Source of the DNA: an uncultured virus (IMG/VR IMGVR_UViG_3300028840_007457)
Lineage: Duplodnaviria > Heunggongvirae > Uroviricota > Caudoviricetes
DNA: 64,000 nucleotides
Strand: one strand, 5' to 3'
Virus record (IMG/VR): IMGVR_UViG_3300028840_007457
How positions within the stretch are numbered: position 1 is the first letter of the stretch; each line of letters opens with the position of its first letter. A program made the position numbers and the translations under genes. Shown here in pieces: positions 11,055 through 21,600 of this stretch. The notes under the pieces are model-generated. The model saw nothing but the letters and a program-made list of their open reading frames with translations. It did no database searches and had not been told where the DNA came from.

Positions 11055-12391
11055 ACAAAAAGAGTGCCAAAAACAGGGTTACTAAGAAGACCGTTCGGGC
11101 CTCCTCCAAAAACAGGGTGATGAGGTGTCACCGCACTAACAACGGAATCTTCACAAACAGTAGTGGAGAACATTTTAGTAGTAGGGCCTAAAGAGCAACA
11201 TTCTGTATTATTTGGAGTTTGCACTCCAACATTGTATGTATCTAAACACATTCCCATGTCGAAATGTTTGCTAGTACTTGTTTTTACCCAATAGTCGGTA
11301 AAAGGATCAATATCGTAAAGACTATCAAAAGGACCGTACTCACCATCAAAAGTTTTTCCACTATCAAAATGACTTCCACCAATTCCAGGTTTTTCTACCA
11401 TTTTATCAAATGGATTAGCGAAAAGACAGATAGCTGGTCTGCTTATAATATGTGTAGCTAAAGTTACAGTAATATTATCCATACAACCGAGCGATTCAAT
11501 TAAACCCCTAACTGAACAAGATGGACCACTAGTATTAAAGAGATGTTGTTGATAATTTTCTGTTCCAACTACATTTATGATGACCGAATCTTCATTAAAT
11601 CGACGCAAACTATAAGCGTCTAAATTATCCATAAGAGTAACAAAAGCTAACCATTGGTTTAGACAAGTGTTGGCAAACCAAACGTGTGCTTCAAAACCAC
11701 TTTCGTCTTCTCCAGATAAAACAGGTTGAAATAAATCAGGTTGGAAAAGTTCTTTATTTCCAGCTCCAACAATAGCAGGAGTACTAACTGAAAAAGCAGA
11801 AATTACGTCTGGAATTGCCCCCGCTAAACCATATTCTCCATAAAGAGAATTGGCCAACATTTTAACACTTAAAATTCTAAGCTCTCTGATATCAGGAAGA
11901 TACTTTTTAAATGGAAGTTGGTATTCGACAAAGAATGTGGCCCAAGGGGACCGCATAGCATAGTAGTATTTCTCAATTAAATTCCACATGAAAGCGTAGT
12001 TTTGCTGAGCCATCGCTTGCATGTGAGTAGCAATATGAGTACTAGCCACACTTAAATTAACAGGTTCATCTACTCCATTGGTGACAGTTATGAAATTACT
12101 AGAAGGAGGAGGAGCCAAGTACATCTTGACTCGCACAATAGAAGATAGTGGAACTAATTTTTTTAAAAGGGTGCCGTTAACATAAATACTGACTTTGTAA
12201 CCTTTTTCTGTACCTGATTCAGCTGAGTCAGCATAACGATCTGTAAACAGTAAAAACTCTGTTGGTTTTGTCCCCCTGGGGACCATATCAATATCTTGGT
12301 AGTAAAATTTTCCGGGCGGAATTTCAGTTATGAGATTTTGAAAAACAAAATCCCAAGGCTGAATAGATTGAGCGGGAATAAAATCGAGCAT
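11051..12391 (-). CDS. Putative baseplate wedge protein
   Basis: 446 aa directly downstream of the baseplate J-like gene; assignment mainly by synteny. Confidence 0.5.
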   Translation of the reverse strand: MLDFIPAQSIQPWDFVFQNLITEIPPGKFYYQDIDMVPRGTKPTEFLLFTDRYADSAESGTEKGYKVSIYVNGTLLKKLVPLSSIVRVKMYLAPPPSSNFITVTNGVDEPVNLSVASTHIATHMQAMAQQNYAFMWNLIEKYYYAMRSPWATFFVEYQLPFKKYLPDIRELRILSVKMLANSLYGEYGLAGAIPDVISAFSVSTPAIVGAGNKELFQPDLFQPVLSGEDESGFEAHVWFANTCLNQWLAFVTLMDNLDAYSLRRFNEDSVIINVVGTENYQQHLFNTSGPSCSVRGLIESLGCMDNITVTLATHIISRPAICLFANPFDKMVEKPGIGGSHFDSGKTFDGEYGPFDSLYDIDPFTDYWVKTSTSKHFDMGMCLDTYNVGVQTPNNTECCSLGPTTKMFSTTVCEDSVVSAVTPHHPVFGGGPNGLLSNPVFGTLFV

Positions 12392-12399
12392 GGTGATAA

Positions 12400-13827
12400 T
12401 TAAGTGATATCGTAGTTGGCAGCTAAAACAGGATATTCTGTAGAGCCATCAAAAGGAATGCTTTCAACAGCAAGAGAGGCATTATCAGTACGAATAAAAC
12501 CTGTTAATTTTAGACTGTTCAAACCAGCTACAGCAGCTTTAATGGAATCTACATAATGAGTAGGTTCCAACAGTGTAGAAAATCGTGTTTGAGAAGGATT
12601 ATTTTGATCTCTAAGATAGAGTTCAGTAAATGTCCTCATGTCAGATATTACTTCTTCTTTATCAACGCTAGCACTTATATCTGCTTCTCCAGCAATGTAA
12701 ATGTCAATTGGATTTGCTAAACGTACCAATACATCTGCTCCAAAGGGGCCTTGACGACCCTGAAAAGCCTGCCACCCCTGGTAAACAAAATCATAGTACT
12801 GGTAGGTTATTTGATATGCCTGAAGAGGTAGTAAAGGGGTAACCAAAATTACCTTATCATCAGCAAGAGGAGAACCTCGTGTTTCAACATTTGTATCAGG
12901 ATTAAAATCGAAAGCAACCGGAGTTCCATTTACAGAAACAGAAGTGACACTTAAAACCGGTTTATGGTCGAGGGGAATAGAGAGTTCTCCACCTTGGGCA
13001 ATTCCCTCTTGTTGGTAATCAATCACAACATCAGAAATTACGTAAATATCATATCCAAGTTTGCTTTGAAGTATAGCATAACGTTTAAACAATTCATAAT
13101 TAGTAGAAGGTACAATTGAGATATCATCATAACCAGTAGGATCTATATCTTGAAGTACATCAATAATATGACCTGCAACATCTGAACCAATACCTTGAAG
13201 AGTGTTTTGAAGTTGAATTATAAACTGAATCGGGTCAGCTGGATCTGCACCACTGCGCCTAACATCGAATTTATTTATACAACCATCAAAGTCTTCAAGA
13301 TCGGTGAGAACCTTGGTAATTGTTTCTGGAGGTAAATCGTAATCAGCTCCAGCAGCTTCGGCTTCTACCAAGACTGGAATTTCATACCAACTATCATCTG
13401 GACTATAGTAAATATCAGCATAATTACCGTCCATTGTTCTGCTAGTATCGCTATTGAAAATAAAACGACCATCACCAGAAGAACAAGCTGTTCCTGCTGG
13501 TACGTCGTAAGTTTTATTTACTTCGGGACGAGTATAGCGGTAAAAATGTACGAGGTGCTGAGCTGCTCTACCTCGGTTGGGATCTTTGCCATAATTGTTA
13601 CCAAGGGCAATTACATCTGCATCTTCTAACAGCTCCGCATTTTCTAACTGATAAACATCCTGAAGATAACCAGAAAACTCTTCTGCTCGTTCTAAATCTC
13701 TAATATAGCTATAAATAAGAAGGGCAATTGGACCCTTCATAATATCTACAGCTGGGTTTAACTCACGAGTTGTTTCCTTGATACCTTCAAGGATTTCGTC
13801 AGCAGATCTAGGAGCAGTGTAAGACAT
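12400..13827 (-). CDS. Baseplate J-like (wedge) protein
   Basis: LGNNYG...R...A...VHF...VPAGT...F...IPVLVEAEAAGADYDLPPETI...GADPAD pattern typical of baseplate J/gp47. Confidence 0.8.
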   Translation of the reverse strand: MSYTAPRSADEILEGIKETTRELNPAVDIMKGPIALLIYSYIRDLERAEEFSGYLQDVYQLENAELLEDADVIALGNNYGKDPNRGRAAQHLVHFYRYTRPEVNKTYDVPAGTACSSGDGRFIFNSDTSRTMDGNYADIYYSPDDSWYEIPVLVEAEAAGADYDLPPETITKVLTDLEDFDGCINKFDVRRSGADPADPIQFIIQLQNTLQGIGSDVAGHIIDVLQDIDPTGYDDISIVPSTNYELFKRYAILQSKLGYDIYVISDVVIDYQQEGIAQGGELSIPLDHKPVLSVTSVSVNGTPVAFDFNPDTNVETRGSPLADDKVILVTPLLPLQAYQITYQYYDFVYQGWQAFQGRQGPFGADVLVRLANPIDIYIAGEADISASVDKEEVISDMRTFTELYLRDQNNPSQTRFSTLLEPTHYVDSIKAAVAGLNSLKLTGFIRTDNASLAVESIPFDGSTEYPVLAANYDIT

Positions 13828-13840
13828 TAAAATCTACCTA

Positions 13841-14371
13841 CTAGAGGAAGGTTTTTCCTTGGTCAAGTTTTCGTTCTAAGCCACCAACAAGTGTTTCACT
13901 AATAGCAGGCGGAATTTCAGAAAGAAGTTTTATTTTAAATTGGTCTTCAACCGGCTCACCGGCTTCATTCTTTAAAATGAGTACAAATAAATAACTACTG
14001 TTACCAAGCTTATGGACATTGAGACTGTAAATCTCTTGAATTTTTTCCCTAGAAGTAATAGCTGGATCGTCATCCTGTAAATTCATAAGACGTAAAATAG
14101 ATTCATCAACTTCACTGTAAATAAATACTTCAGCACCAACTCCTAATTCATGTGTAACAAGAGGATTCTTCTCAATTTCAAAAAGACCACTACCATTAAA
14201 CCAATCTGGATTTTCACTGTCTCTATTATTGAGTAAACTTTCTGCTGTGTCTTGTTTAAGCTTGGGCTCGTCCGTAACGGTGTTATATACACCTTCAGGT
14301 AAAAGTACAAGATCACCGTAGGCAACTTCAAGTGTTACACTCATTTGAAACCTATAACAACTCCCATACAC
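13841..14371 (-). CDS. gp25-like baseplate/sheath-initiator protein
   Basis: GDLVL...KLKQD...PDWFNGSGL...EKIQEI pattern; immediately upstream of baseplate J. Confidence 0.6.
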   Translation of the reverse strand: MYGSCYRFQMSVTLEVAYGDLVLLPEGVYNTVTDEPKLKQDTAESLLNNRDSENPDWFNGSGLFEIEKNPLVTHELGVGAEVFIYSEVDESILRLMNLQDDDPAITSREKIQEIYSLNVHKLGNSSYLFVLILKNEAGEPVEDQFKIKLLSEIPPAISETLVGGLERKLDQGKTFL

Positions 14372-14467
14372 GGAAGAGGTAATATATACAGTTGGTAATC
14401 TTTTCTGTCATAGTACATACCAACCCAAAAATCATACCAAGCAAAAATTGGTTTAATAGTCATGAAA

Positions 14468-14998
14468 TTAGTAGAGAGATAAAACTGGTATCCAGCTAGC
14501 TATCTCTTTTTTCTGATCTAATGACAATTCGTATGACGGCATATTGGCAGCTGCCGTCATGTGAATTCTGTGGTACGTTTGTGCTTCTTTTCTTCTCTTC
14601 ACACCACCTAAACCAATATTGAGGGATTTTAAAATAGGTTGTATTCCGGTAGCAAAAACCTTTTCGCCACTACCCATGAGTTGAGTTTTAAATGAATTAA
14701 AACCCGCAAAGATTAAATCCATCTCTAGTGCAGCCCACTCTGCAATATTGGCCTGGTGAGTAACAAAATCACTAAGTAAATCAGCGTAAGCTTTATCTTT
14801 ATTTTGGTTATCTAGAAACTGTTGAAGATACTGAGCTGCTTGATTTTTAATTTCTCCAGAAAGAAGAATGAGCGCAGCTTCAGTATCTTCGCTAACAGAT
14901 ACTCTTGTTCTAGTTTGAGAGTTGTAGTAACTTGGACGAGTACCTTTTCTATTTTTGTTAACTTTTGCCCTTTGTTCTGGGCTTAACCATTCAGGCAA
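14468..14998 (-). CDS. Hypothetical protein
   Basis: AGGAG RBS, helical 176-aa ORF. Confidence 0.55.
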   Translation of the reverse strand: MPEWLSPEQRAKVNKNRKGTRPSYYNSQTRTRVSVSEDTEAALILLSGEIKNQAAQYLQQFLDNQNKDKAYADLLSDFVTHQANIAEWAALEMDLIFAGFNSFKTQLMGSGEKVFATGIQPILKSLNIGLGGVKRRKEAQTYHRIHMTAAANMPSYELSLDQKKEIASWIPVLSLY

Positions 14999-15030
14999 CT
15001 TCTGCTCCTAAAGAGTAACTTGATAAAACG

Positions 15031-17391
15031 TCAAATAATGGCAAAAATAGCGTCTGCTAAAGTGCCAACCGAAGGTTTCAAACAATCTCCACTAGTAGAT
15101 AGATTGAAGTTTCCAGTCAAGCTTAAATCTGTTATTCCGCTGATTAAGTCTCGAATAGCAGCATCAAAAGAATCAATGAACTTGTACTTACTCTCTAAAC
15201 TGTTATTAATGTCTTCAGCTACTTTTTGAAGACCACGATTCACTTCTTGCTGAACCGTGGCAAACGTTTCTTTTACGTTGCCTGAAAAAGCTTGAATCTC
15301 TTCCAATTTTTCAATAGCAGTTTCAGTTGTGGGTAATCCCTCAAGTTGAGGCATTCCAGCTAGTGATTGAGTCATGTCTTCAGATTCATTAATTACGTTT
15401 TGTACGTCAGTTGCAGAACAAGAGTCATCAGGATTTTTTCCTGTTAAACACTCTGCACCTTCTGAAACTCCCGTGATTAAATTGATCATTTTTTGTGCCA
15501 TACAAATAGGAACTTGAATGGCTTTCATAATAGTAGTAAATCCATTGGTCACAACTGAGGTTAAAGAAAAACTAAGTTTCTCCATTGCTGTTACGAACAA
15601 ATCCAGAGGAAGTGACAAACCCCCAATTGAGGGTGTAGAGCCACCTGCCAAACCCCCTGGTGAAGGTACACCAACTCCAGTACCTGTTATGGCACCTGTA
15701 ACTTGAGACGTAGCTCCCAACAAACAGGAAGCCATATTGTTGTTTAACAAATTTTCTCCCAAAGAAGAAAAATTCTGGAGTTGGTTAAGAATAGGTTCTA
15801 ACACGCTTTTCATAGCGCCAAATCCAGAATCAAATACTTTAAGAGCCGAGTTTACTGCTGAAGAGATAGCGGCAAATGCTGATTCTATTTGTTTAGCAGA
15901 GTTGGGCAAATCTTCAAAAGGAATATTAGGAACATCTGCGTTTGGGATCTCAAATTTAGAGGTATCAGATCTCGCACAAGCTTTTCCGCGAGTAGCAAGC
16001 TCTTTGGTTAAATCCGAATCATTAAATGTTTTTCCTAACTTAAGAGCTGTTCCAGCTGCAAGTGCTGGTTTCGCTCTACTTTTCATTCCGTTTTTTAAAT
16101 TCTCTCGCTCTTTTCCTAAAAGAGTGGACAATTGACTAACTTTGTCTGCGACACTTACTTCAGTTGGTAATTTAATTCCATCTAGATTTTTACTTAAGAG
16201 ATCTTCAAGCTCCTCGTCACTCATTTGTAATTTAGACAACAGCTCTGGATCTTCTACAAGATAAACCTCAGGAGGAACGACGGCATTATAAAATGATGGC
16301 TCTGCTGTTTCTTGTTGATAAATAGAATCATAATATTCTTCTGGAATTCCTAACCAATGTAATTTGTCGGTAGTAGCTCCACTGGGAAGAATTTCTGAAG
16401 ACCAAAAAATGTAGCTGTTTAAAATACCGATATCGCCATGTGCCCATTGGTTAGCTATGGTTTTTATATTTTTATCGATAGATCTATAGGTTTCTGTGAC
16501 AGTTACCAGTTCTTGCATTTCATTACAAATAAATTCATAAGAAGTGGTAGAAACATTTTCAGTTACGACGAGGTAAGGATAACCCTCTTGTTTTGCGATG
16601 GAAGCTAAAACTATTTTTAGCTTACTTATGCTTTCTCCTACCAAGCTGTACAATTTATTAATTGCAATTAAATTAGTCCCGTCTATGGTGTAGAGTTTAG
16701 AACCCACAATAGAAGTAGTGGAATCTAAATCTTCTAAAAATTCGGTAGCACTTTTTGTGTCTTCAATTACTGGTATAGAAACTTCTTTAAGAAGATTTTT
16801 GTAATTCGTTTTTCCAAATATTCTGGCGATTTCATTAGAAGAGCTTTCGAGATCTGTAAGAGGAGCGTCTTTTCCACCACTTAAAGTTTCCACACTGGTA
16901 GGACTTAAAATTCCTGAACCACTTCCTACTAAAGAAGCTGAAACAACATTTGTAACGTCTGTATTGGATAGCCAGACAGGTAGAGTAGTAGCTGCACTCC
17001 ACGACGTATCTATAGCCCCAGAGGAATCAACACCTAAAACACAATGAATAATATTGTCTTCAACGTAACTTGAAGGAGGACGAGGATTGAAAATAGGGTT
17101 GAGAGGATCTGATGGATTTTCTGTAATAATGGGGCCTTTGTATTCGTAAAAAATTGCGATTTCATTGCCATCAGATCCCTCTTCAACAGCCTCCCATTTT
17201 ATTTGGGTATCATTAACAGAAAAACCAAGGATTAGACTGGCCTTAGTTTTGGTACCATTAAGTTGCTCAATTTCAGGCTTAATAGAATCAACAGCGTCAA
17301 CAATTACACCTCTAGCCTCTTCTAGAGACTTTCTGAATTCTTTAAGCCCCTCTCCAATGGCATCGTCTATTTGGCAACCAAGATAACGCAA
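15031..17391 (-). CDS. Large structural protein (sheath-like N-terminal segment, helical C-terminus)
   Basis: WEAVEEGSDGNEIAI...LSGGKD segment resembles tail-sheath-type motifs; baseplate context. Confidence 0.45.
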   Translation of the reverse strand: MRYLGCQIDDAIGEGLKEFRKSLEEARGVIVDAVDSIKPEIEQLNGTKTKASLILGFSVNDTQIKWEAVEEGSDGNEIAIFYEYKGPIITENPSDPLNPIFNPRPPSSYVEDNIIHCVLGVDSSGAIDTSWSAATTLPVWLSNTDVTNVVSASLVGSGSGILSPTSVETLSGGKDAPLTDLESSSNEIARIFGKTNYKNLLKEVSIPVIEDTKSATEFLEDLDSTTSIVGSKLYTIDGTNLIAINKLYSLVGESISKLKIVLASIAKQEGYPYLVVTENVSTTSYEFICNEMQELVTVTETYRSIDKNIKTIANQWAHGDIGILNSYIFWSSEILPSGATTDKLHWLGIPEEYYDSIYQQETAEPSFYNAVVPPEVYLVEDPELLSKLQMSDEELEDLLSKNLDGIKLPTEVSVADKVSQLSTLLGKERENLKNGMKSRAKPALAAGTALKLGKTFNDSDLTKELATRGKACARSDTSKFEIPNADVPNIPFEDLPNSAKQIESAFAAISSAVNSALKVFDSGFGAMKSVLEPILNQLQNFSSLGENLLNNNMASCLLGATSQVTGAITGTGVGVPSPGGLAGGSTPSIGGLSLPLDLFVTAMEKLSFSLTSVVTNGFTTIMKAIQVPICMAQKMINLITGVSEGAECLTGKNPDDSCSATDVQNVINESEDMTQSLAGMPQLEGLPTTETAIEKLEEIQAFSGNVKETFATVQQEVNRGLQKVAEDINNSLESKYKFIDSFDAAIRDLISGITDLSLTGNFNLSTSGDCLKPSVGTLADAIFAII

Positions 17392-17399
17392 TTTCTCAC

Positions 17400-18623
17400 C
17401 TAAGCTGTTAAACGTACTTGGGAACTAAGAACAGTAGATATCTTATCTATAGTTTGTTCAATCACTTTAGCTGTAATTTGAGCAGCAATAGGAGATGGAG
17501 AACCTATACCTAGTAGTGCTCCGTCATTAGACATTACAGAAAAGAATGTCAAAAGAATCGAAAAAAGAGGAGTTAAAACAGAGCTAGTGAGATTATTTCC
17601 TAAAACAGCTGGATTAGAAGGAGAAGAACCAAATCCAATATCGGCCGAATTAACTCTAACCTTAAGGGACTTCATTGTCATACTTTTTAGAAAATTGAGC
17701 GAAGCTGAATCTAATCCTGTCATTTTGAGTTTATTCATTTTTGTTTCAACATTATTTACCAAACCAAAATCTATTTTTGTTTCATTAGCTGTTGAAGTGT
17801 TCCGCATAAAAATATTTAACTCTTCATCAATCTCGAAAGTAAGATTACCAGCCAATTTATGATTGTAAGTTTTCTTATGTCGTAGTGTTCTGTTTGTACT
17901 TGTTTGTAGCGTTTCAATTCCTAACTCATTATAAACCGCACTCCCTTCTTGAAGGGAAACTAAATCCAAACCAAGAAGATCTGTGGCTTTAAGCCAACGT
18001 CCATACTCAATCGGAAAGGACCCATCCAAATTCTGAATAATTCGAGTCATACTATTTGGAAAAATAGGATTAAATCTTTTGACAACTCCAAATCTTTCTT
18101 CTTGTCCTAAAGTAACTGGATCGTGTTGATGTAGACGGCGGTGAAAAGTAGGAGAAAGAGCGCTGTGTTCTAAATCCGTTTGGGATAAAGTTTGACTAAT
18201 CATTCCTCCTCTAATTTCAACATCCCCAGCATCACCAAAATAAGCAGAACTCATTCCTCTACTCATAATATCTATTTCACCAGCATGAAGAATTCTAAAT
18301 GGTATATTGCGATCTTTAAGAGCTATTTTAGCAACAGCTGCAAGCTGATGACTTATGTAACCAAATATTTCTTGTTGGTCTAAATCTCCTCTTCGTTGTG
18401 TTAGAACAGTGGTACCAGGTTCAGGCATTGCCCGAATCCAGCTCTTGATTCCTAAAAATGGATGACGAACAGCAAACTCAGGTGCACCAGTAGTACCGAA
18501 AGCTGAAACTTTAATAGTCTCAGTTTCACCGAGTACTTCTTTAATTACACCGCGAAGAGGCAGATCATAGGCTTTAATCTGCTCTCTACGTTTTGCAGCT
18601 TCATAATCACTAATGTCTGTCAT
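17400..18623 (-). CDS. Putative baseplate spike (gpV/gp5-like OB fold)
   Basis: RGVIKEV...WIRAMPEPGTTVL N-terminus, beta-strand repeats, PAVLGN...LSSQV C-terminus; follows hub gene. Confidence 0.6.
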   Translation of the reverse strand: MTDISDYEAAKRREQIKAYDLPLRGVIKEVLGETETIKVSAFGTTGAPEFAVRHPFLGIKSWIRAMPEPGTTVLTQRRGDLDQQEIFGYISHQLAAVAKIALKDRNIPFRILHAGEIDIMSRGMSSAYFGDAGDVEIRGGMISQTLSQTDLEHSALSPTFHRRLHQHDPVTLGQEERFGVVKRFNPIFPNSMTRIIQNLDGSFPIEYGRWLKATDLLGLDLVSLQEGSAVYNELGIETLQTSTNRTLRHKKTYNHKLAGNLTFEIDEELNIFMRNTSTANETKIDFGLVNNVETKMNKLKMTGLDSASLNFLKSMTMKSLKVRVNSADIGFGSSPSNPAVLGNNLTSSVLTPLFSILLTFFSVMSNDGALLGIGSPSPIAAQITAKVIEQTIDKISTVLSSQVRLTA

Positions 18624-18631
18624 TTTAAATC

Positions 18632-21600
18632 TTAAGCCATATTTAGTTTTTCAAGAAGTTTATATGATTCATTTTCAGCTCTCTGCTCTTTCATACGTTT
18701 AAGTTTTTTAGCTAAAGTTTTATTCTCTTTCTTTAAGGTCTCAGCACAAGTTCTTAGTTTTTTAGAAAGGGTACGATAATTGCTAACACCAGTTTCCTTT
18801 TTAGCTTTCAACACACACTGGGTGTATTTAGTTTTTAGTCTTTTACTGTCAGCGTCAGTTGCCTCCTGACAAATTGCTCCACTGGTCAATTTACCACTTC
18901 GCTCATAATGAGCTTGACTACTATATAGCTTTCCTTCATTTTTTAATCTAGTAGCTTCTGTTTCTACTGATTTAGCATACCTAGCCGCATAAGGAACAAT
19001 TTGTTCAGGTTTAAAAAAGAAGAGAGGATTAGTAGCAATTCTTCTTCCTTTAGGTGGATTTATAAGACTAGTTAAAATTCTACTATGACGTACCCAATAA
19101 TTAATAGCATCATCTACTGTTTTAATTCCCTTGTAACTCTTTCTCGCACTAAAATATCTTTTCCAATGAGGAGATAACGCATTACTCTTTGAGCTACCAC
19201 CACTGAACTTTAATTGAAGCTGTGTAGTAAGATATTCATTGTTGGCTTTTCTTACTTCTTCAAAGATATCTTTTTCTATTGATTTATCTCCTGGGTAAAT
19301 ATAAAGTTCAAAATGACAGTGTGGGTCACTATAACCACCACTACTTCCAACATAAGCAATTGTATCAGATTTTTCAGGATCATCAGGATCCGCTTGTGCT
19401 TTTTGTAAATTAATTCCAAACATAAGATTATTTTTCTTGGCTATGGCTTCATTATGTACAAAATTAAAAGAAGCTTTAACACTTTGACCGTCATACTTGG
19501 TACCTTTAGAATTAGGAATTTGAACTCTCCCCATTGCAGTAAGTAAAAGACCATTCCTAGCGTTATGTCTAGCAGTTGCTCTGACGTTTAAATTATTTAC
19601 TTTAACCCCATCTTCTTTCATAGCCAAATATTTTCTATACATCTCCTTATAATAATCAACATAAACAAGAACCGATGTTTCTCCTTCCTTGACAGCGTAT
19701 TCAATCGGCTTTCCGTTTACGTTACGTCTAACAAAAAACATAAAATCATCACCAGCAACAATATTTTCGTGTCTTTTTCTATCTATTTCAATACCATATT
19801 CATTTTTTGTAACTTCAATTGTTATTCTTTTCCATAAACGTCTTCCCAGTACTTTACTTCTATTTCCACCACTTCCTCCTAAGGAAAACCAAACCTGCAT
19901 CGCTCTTAAATTCACGGGTGCTTTAATAGGAGTTCCTCTTGGAACCATAATATCAATTCCAGCGTGCCACGGAACTTCTATATTTCCTCTTCTCTTTTTC
20001 TTATTTTTAAAACCGGATACATAACTTCCTGCACCACCCGATAATTGTTTTCGTAGAATTCCCCAAGTATTAAATCTACCACCAATACTTCCAGCTCCCA
20101 TGCCTCTTGTAGCGTATCGATCAGATCTTTTAAGATAACTCTCCCCGTAAGGATATGGGTCGTAGAACAGTTTGCTAATATTATAGACTTCAAGTTCTTT
20201 CGAGGCTTTTCTGTCTTGAATTCTTAAACCTGATCTGGCAGCATTTACTGTAGAGGCTTTTTTCTCACCTGGGTTAAGCCCTTGTTTAGAAGCTTTATGC
20301 CCTAGAGAAGGATTAGTAGGAGAAGTGGCATTAGGCGGTAACACCGTTTCATTAGTTTGTACGTTACCGGAAGCATCTTTGGTTGTAGTCCCAACTGTAC
20401 CAGCTGGAGCATAACGCCAACCTTGTGTAGTTTGACTAATCTGATCTCCATAAAATGCTGATGCTAGTTGATGTTTCTGCCCCAAAGCAGGAGCACAAGC
20501 AGCATTAGTAAATTGTCTTCCTTTTTTGTATGTAGTAGCGCCGGTACTAACACCTTCTTTAGTTCGGTAATTAATTTCTCCTGTGAATATTCCTGCGTAG
20601 TTAATGACTGGGTCTTTTCCACCCCCCACAGTACGAAAAGTGCCGTCTCTAAATAGCCACCTAGAAAATCCACTTTCTACAGAAACAGTGGCGGGGCCAT
20701 TGGGAGAGTCGAAAGTATAGTTAACAGTTTTAAGTAAACACAATTTATGTCGTGGAATAATCCACATGGGTCTGTTAGGTAACAGATAAGGTCTCTCGGG
20801 AAATGGGTCTACCGTTATTTGGTAAGACTCTCCAAGCTGCTGTTGAATATGAAGAAGCCCCCAAGCAATTAAACTTGTTGCTCCACTAGCCCCATGATTG
20901 TCTACTTGCGCACCTACTCCTGGAATTGCTATATTAACATGTTCTACTTTAACACCATGACGACGAACTAAAATAGGAGCTACAATTGCGATCTTATAGA
21001 GTAAATTTTCGGTAGCTTCAGAACCAGCAACTCGTTTTGCTGGATCTTCCTCCATCCCTGTAATTACCCAAGCACTAGGAACATTTCCACCGTCCTCATT
21101 AACACTCATTCCTGTTATTTCTTTTTCAAGAACATACGCTCCTCTAAAAGTTTTTCCCCAGTACGCAGGCATTGCATTGTAGTGAGGAAATTCAAAAGCA
21201 ATATCTCCAAATGGAGTAACATACCATTGATATTTTAACAGTTCACTAATTTCATCAATCAAATCTTTTCTGCTTTTAAAACTGAAGGTAGGAATGTTAC
21301 CTGTATTTTTAGTAATCTCTTGTTGTACAATTGTTCGTGCACCAGTTCCTGAAGATGGAAGCATGAGGTGCATAAAAATAACCAAAGGACTATAAATTGA
21401 TTTTAAATTACTATCACTTAAAGCTCCTACCGCTGTTACTTCATCATAACTTAATGGTCTTCCAAAAGTACCAAAAAGCATTACACGATTCCAGTTTTCG
21501 AGTTGTCCACGTGCTTGAGCTTTTTGATAACTATCTATCTCCATCAACACTCCAGGAACAACCTGACTCTGACTACAACACAACCATGTTACAGATTCTT

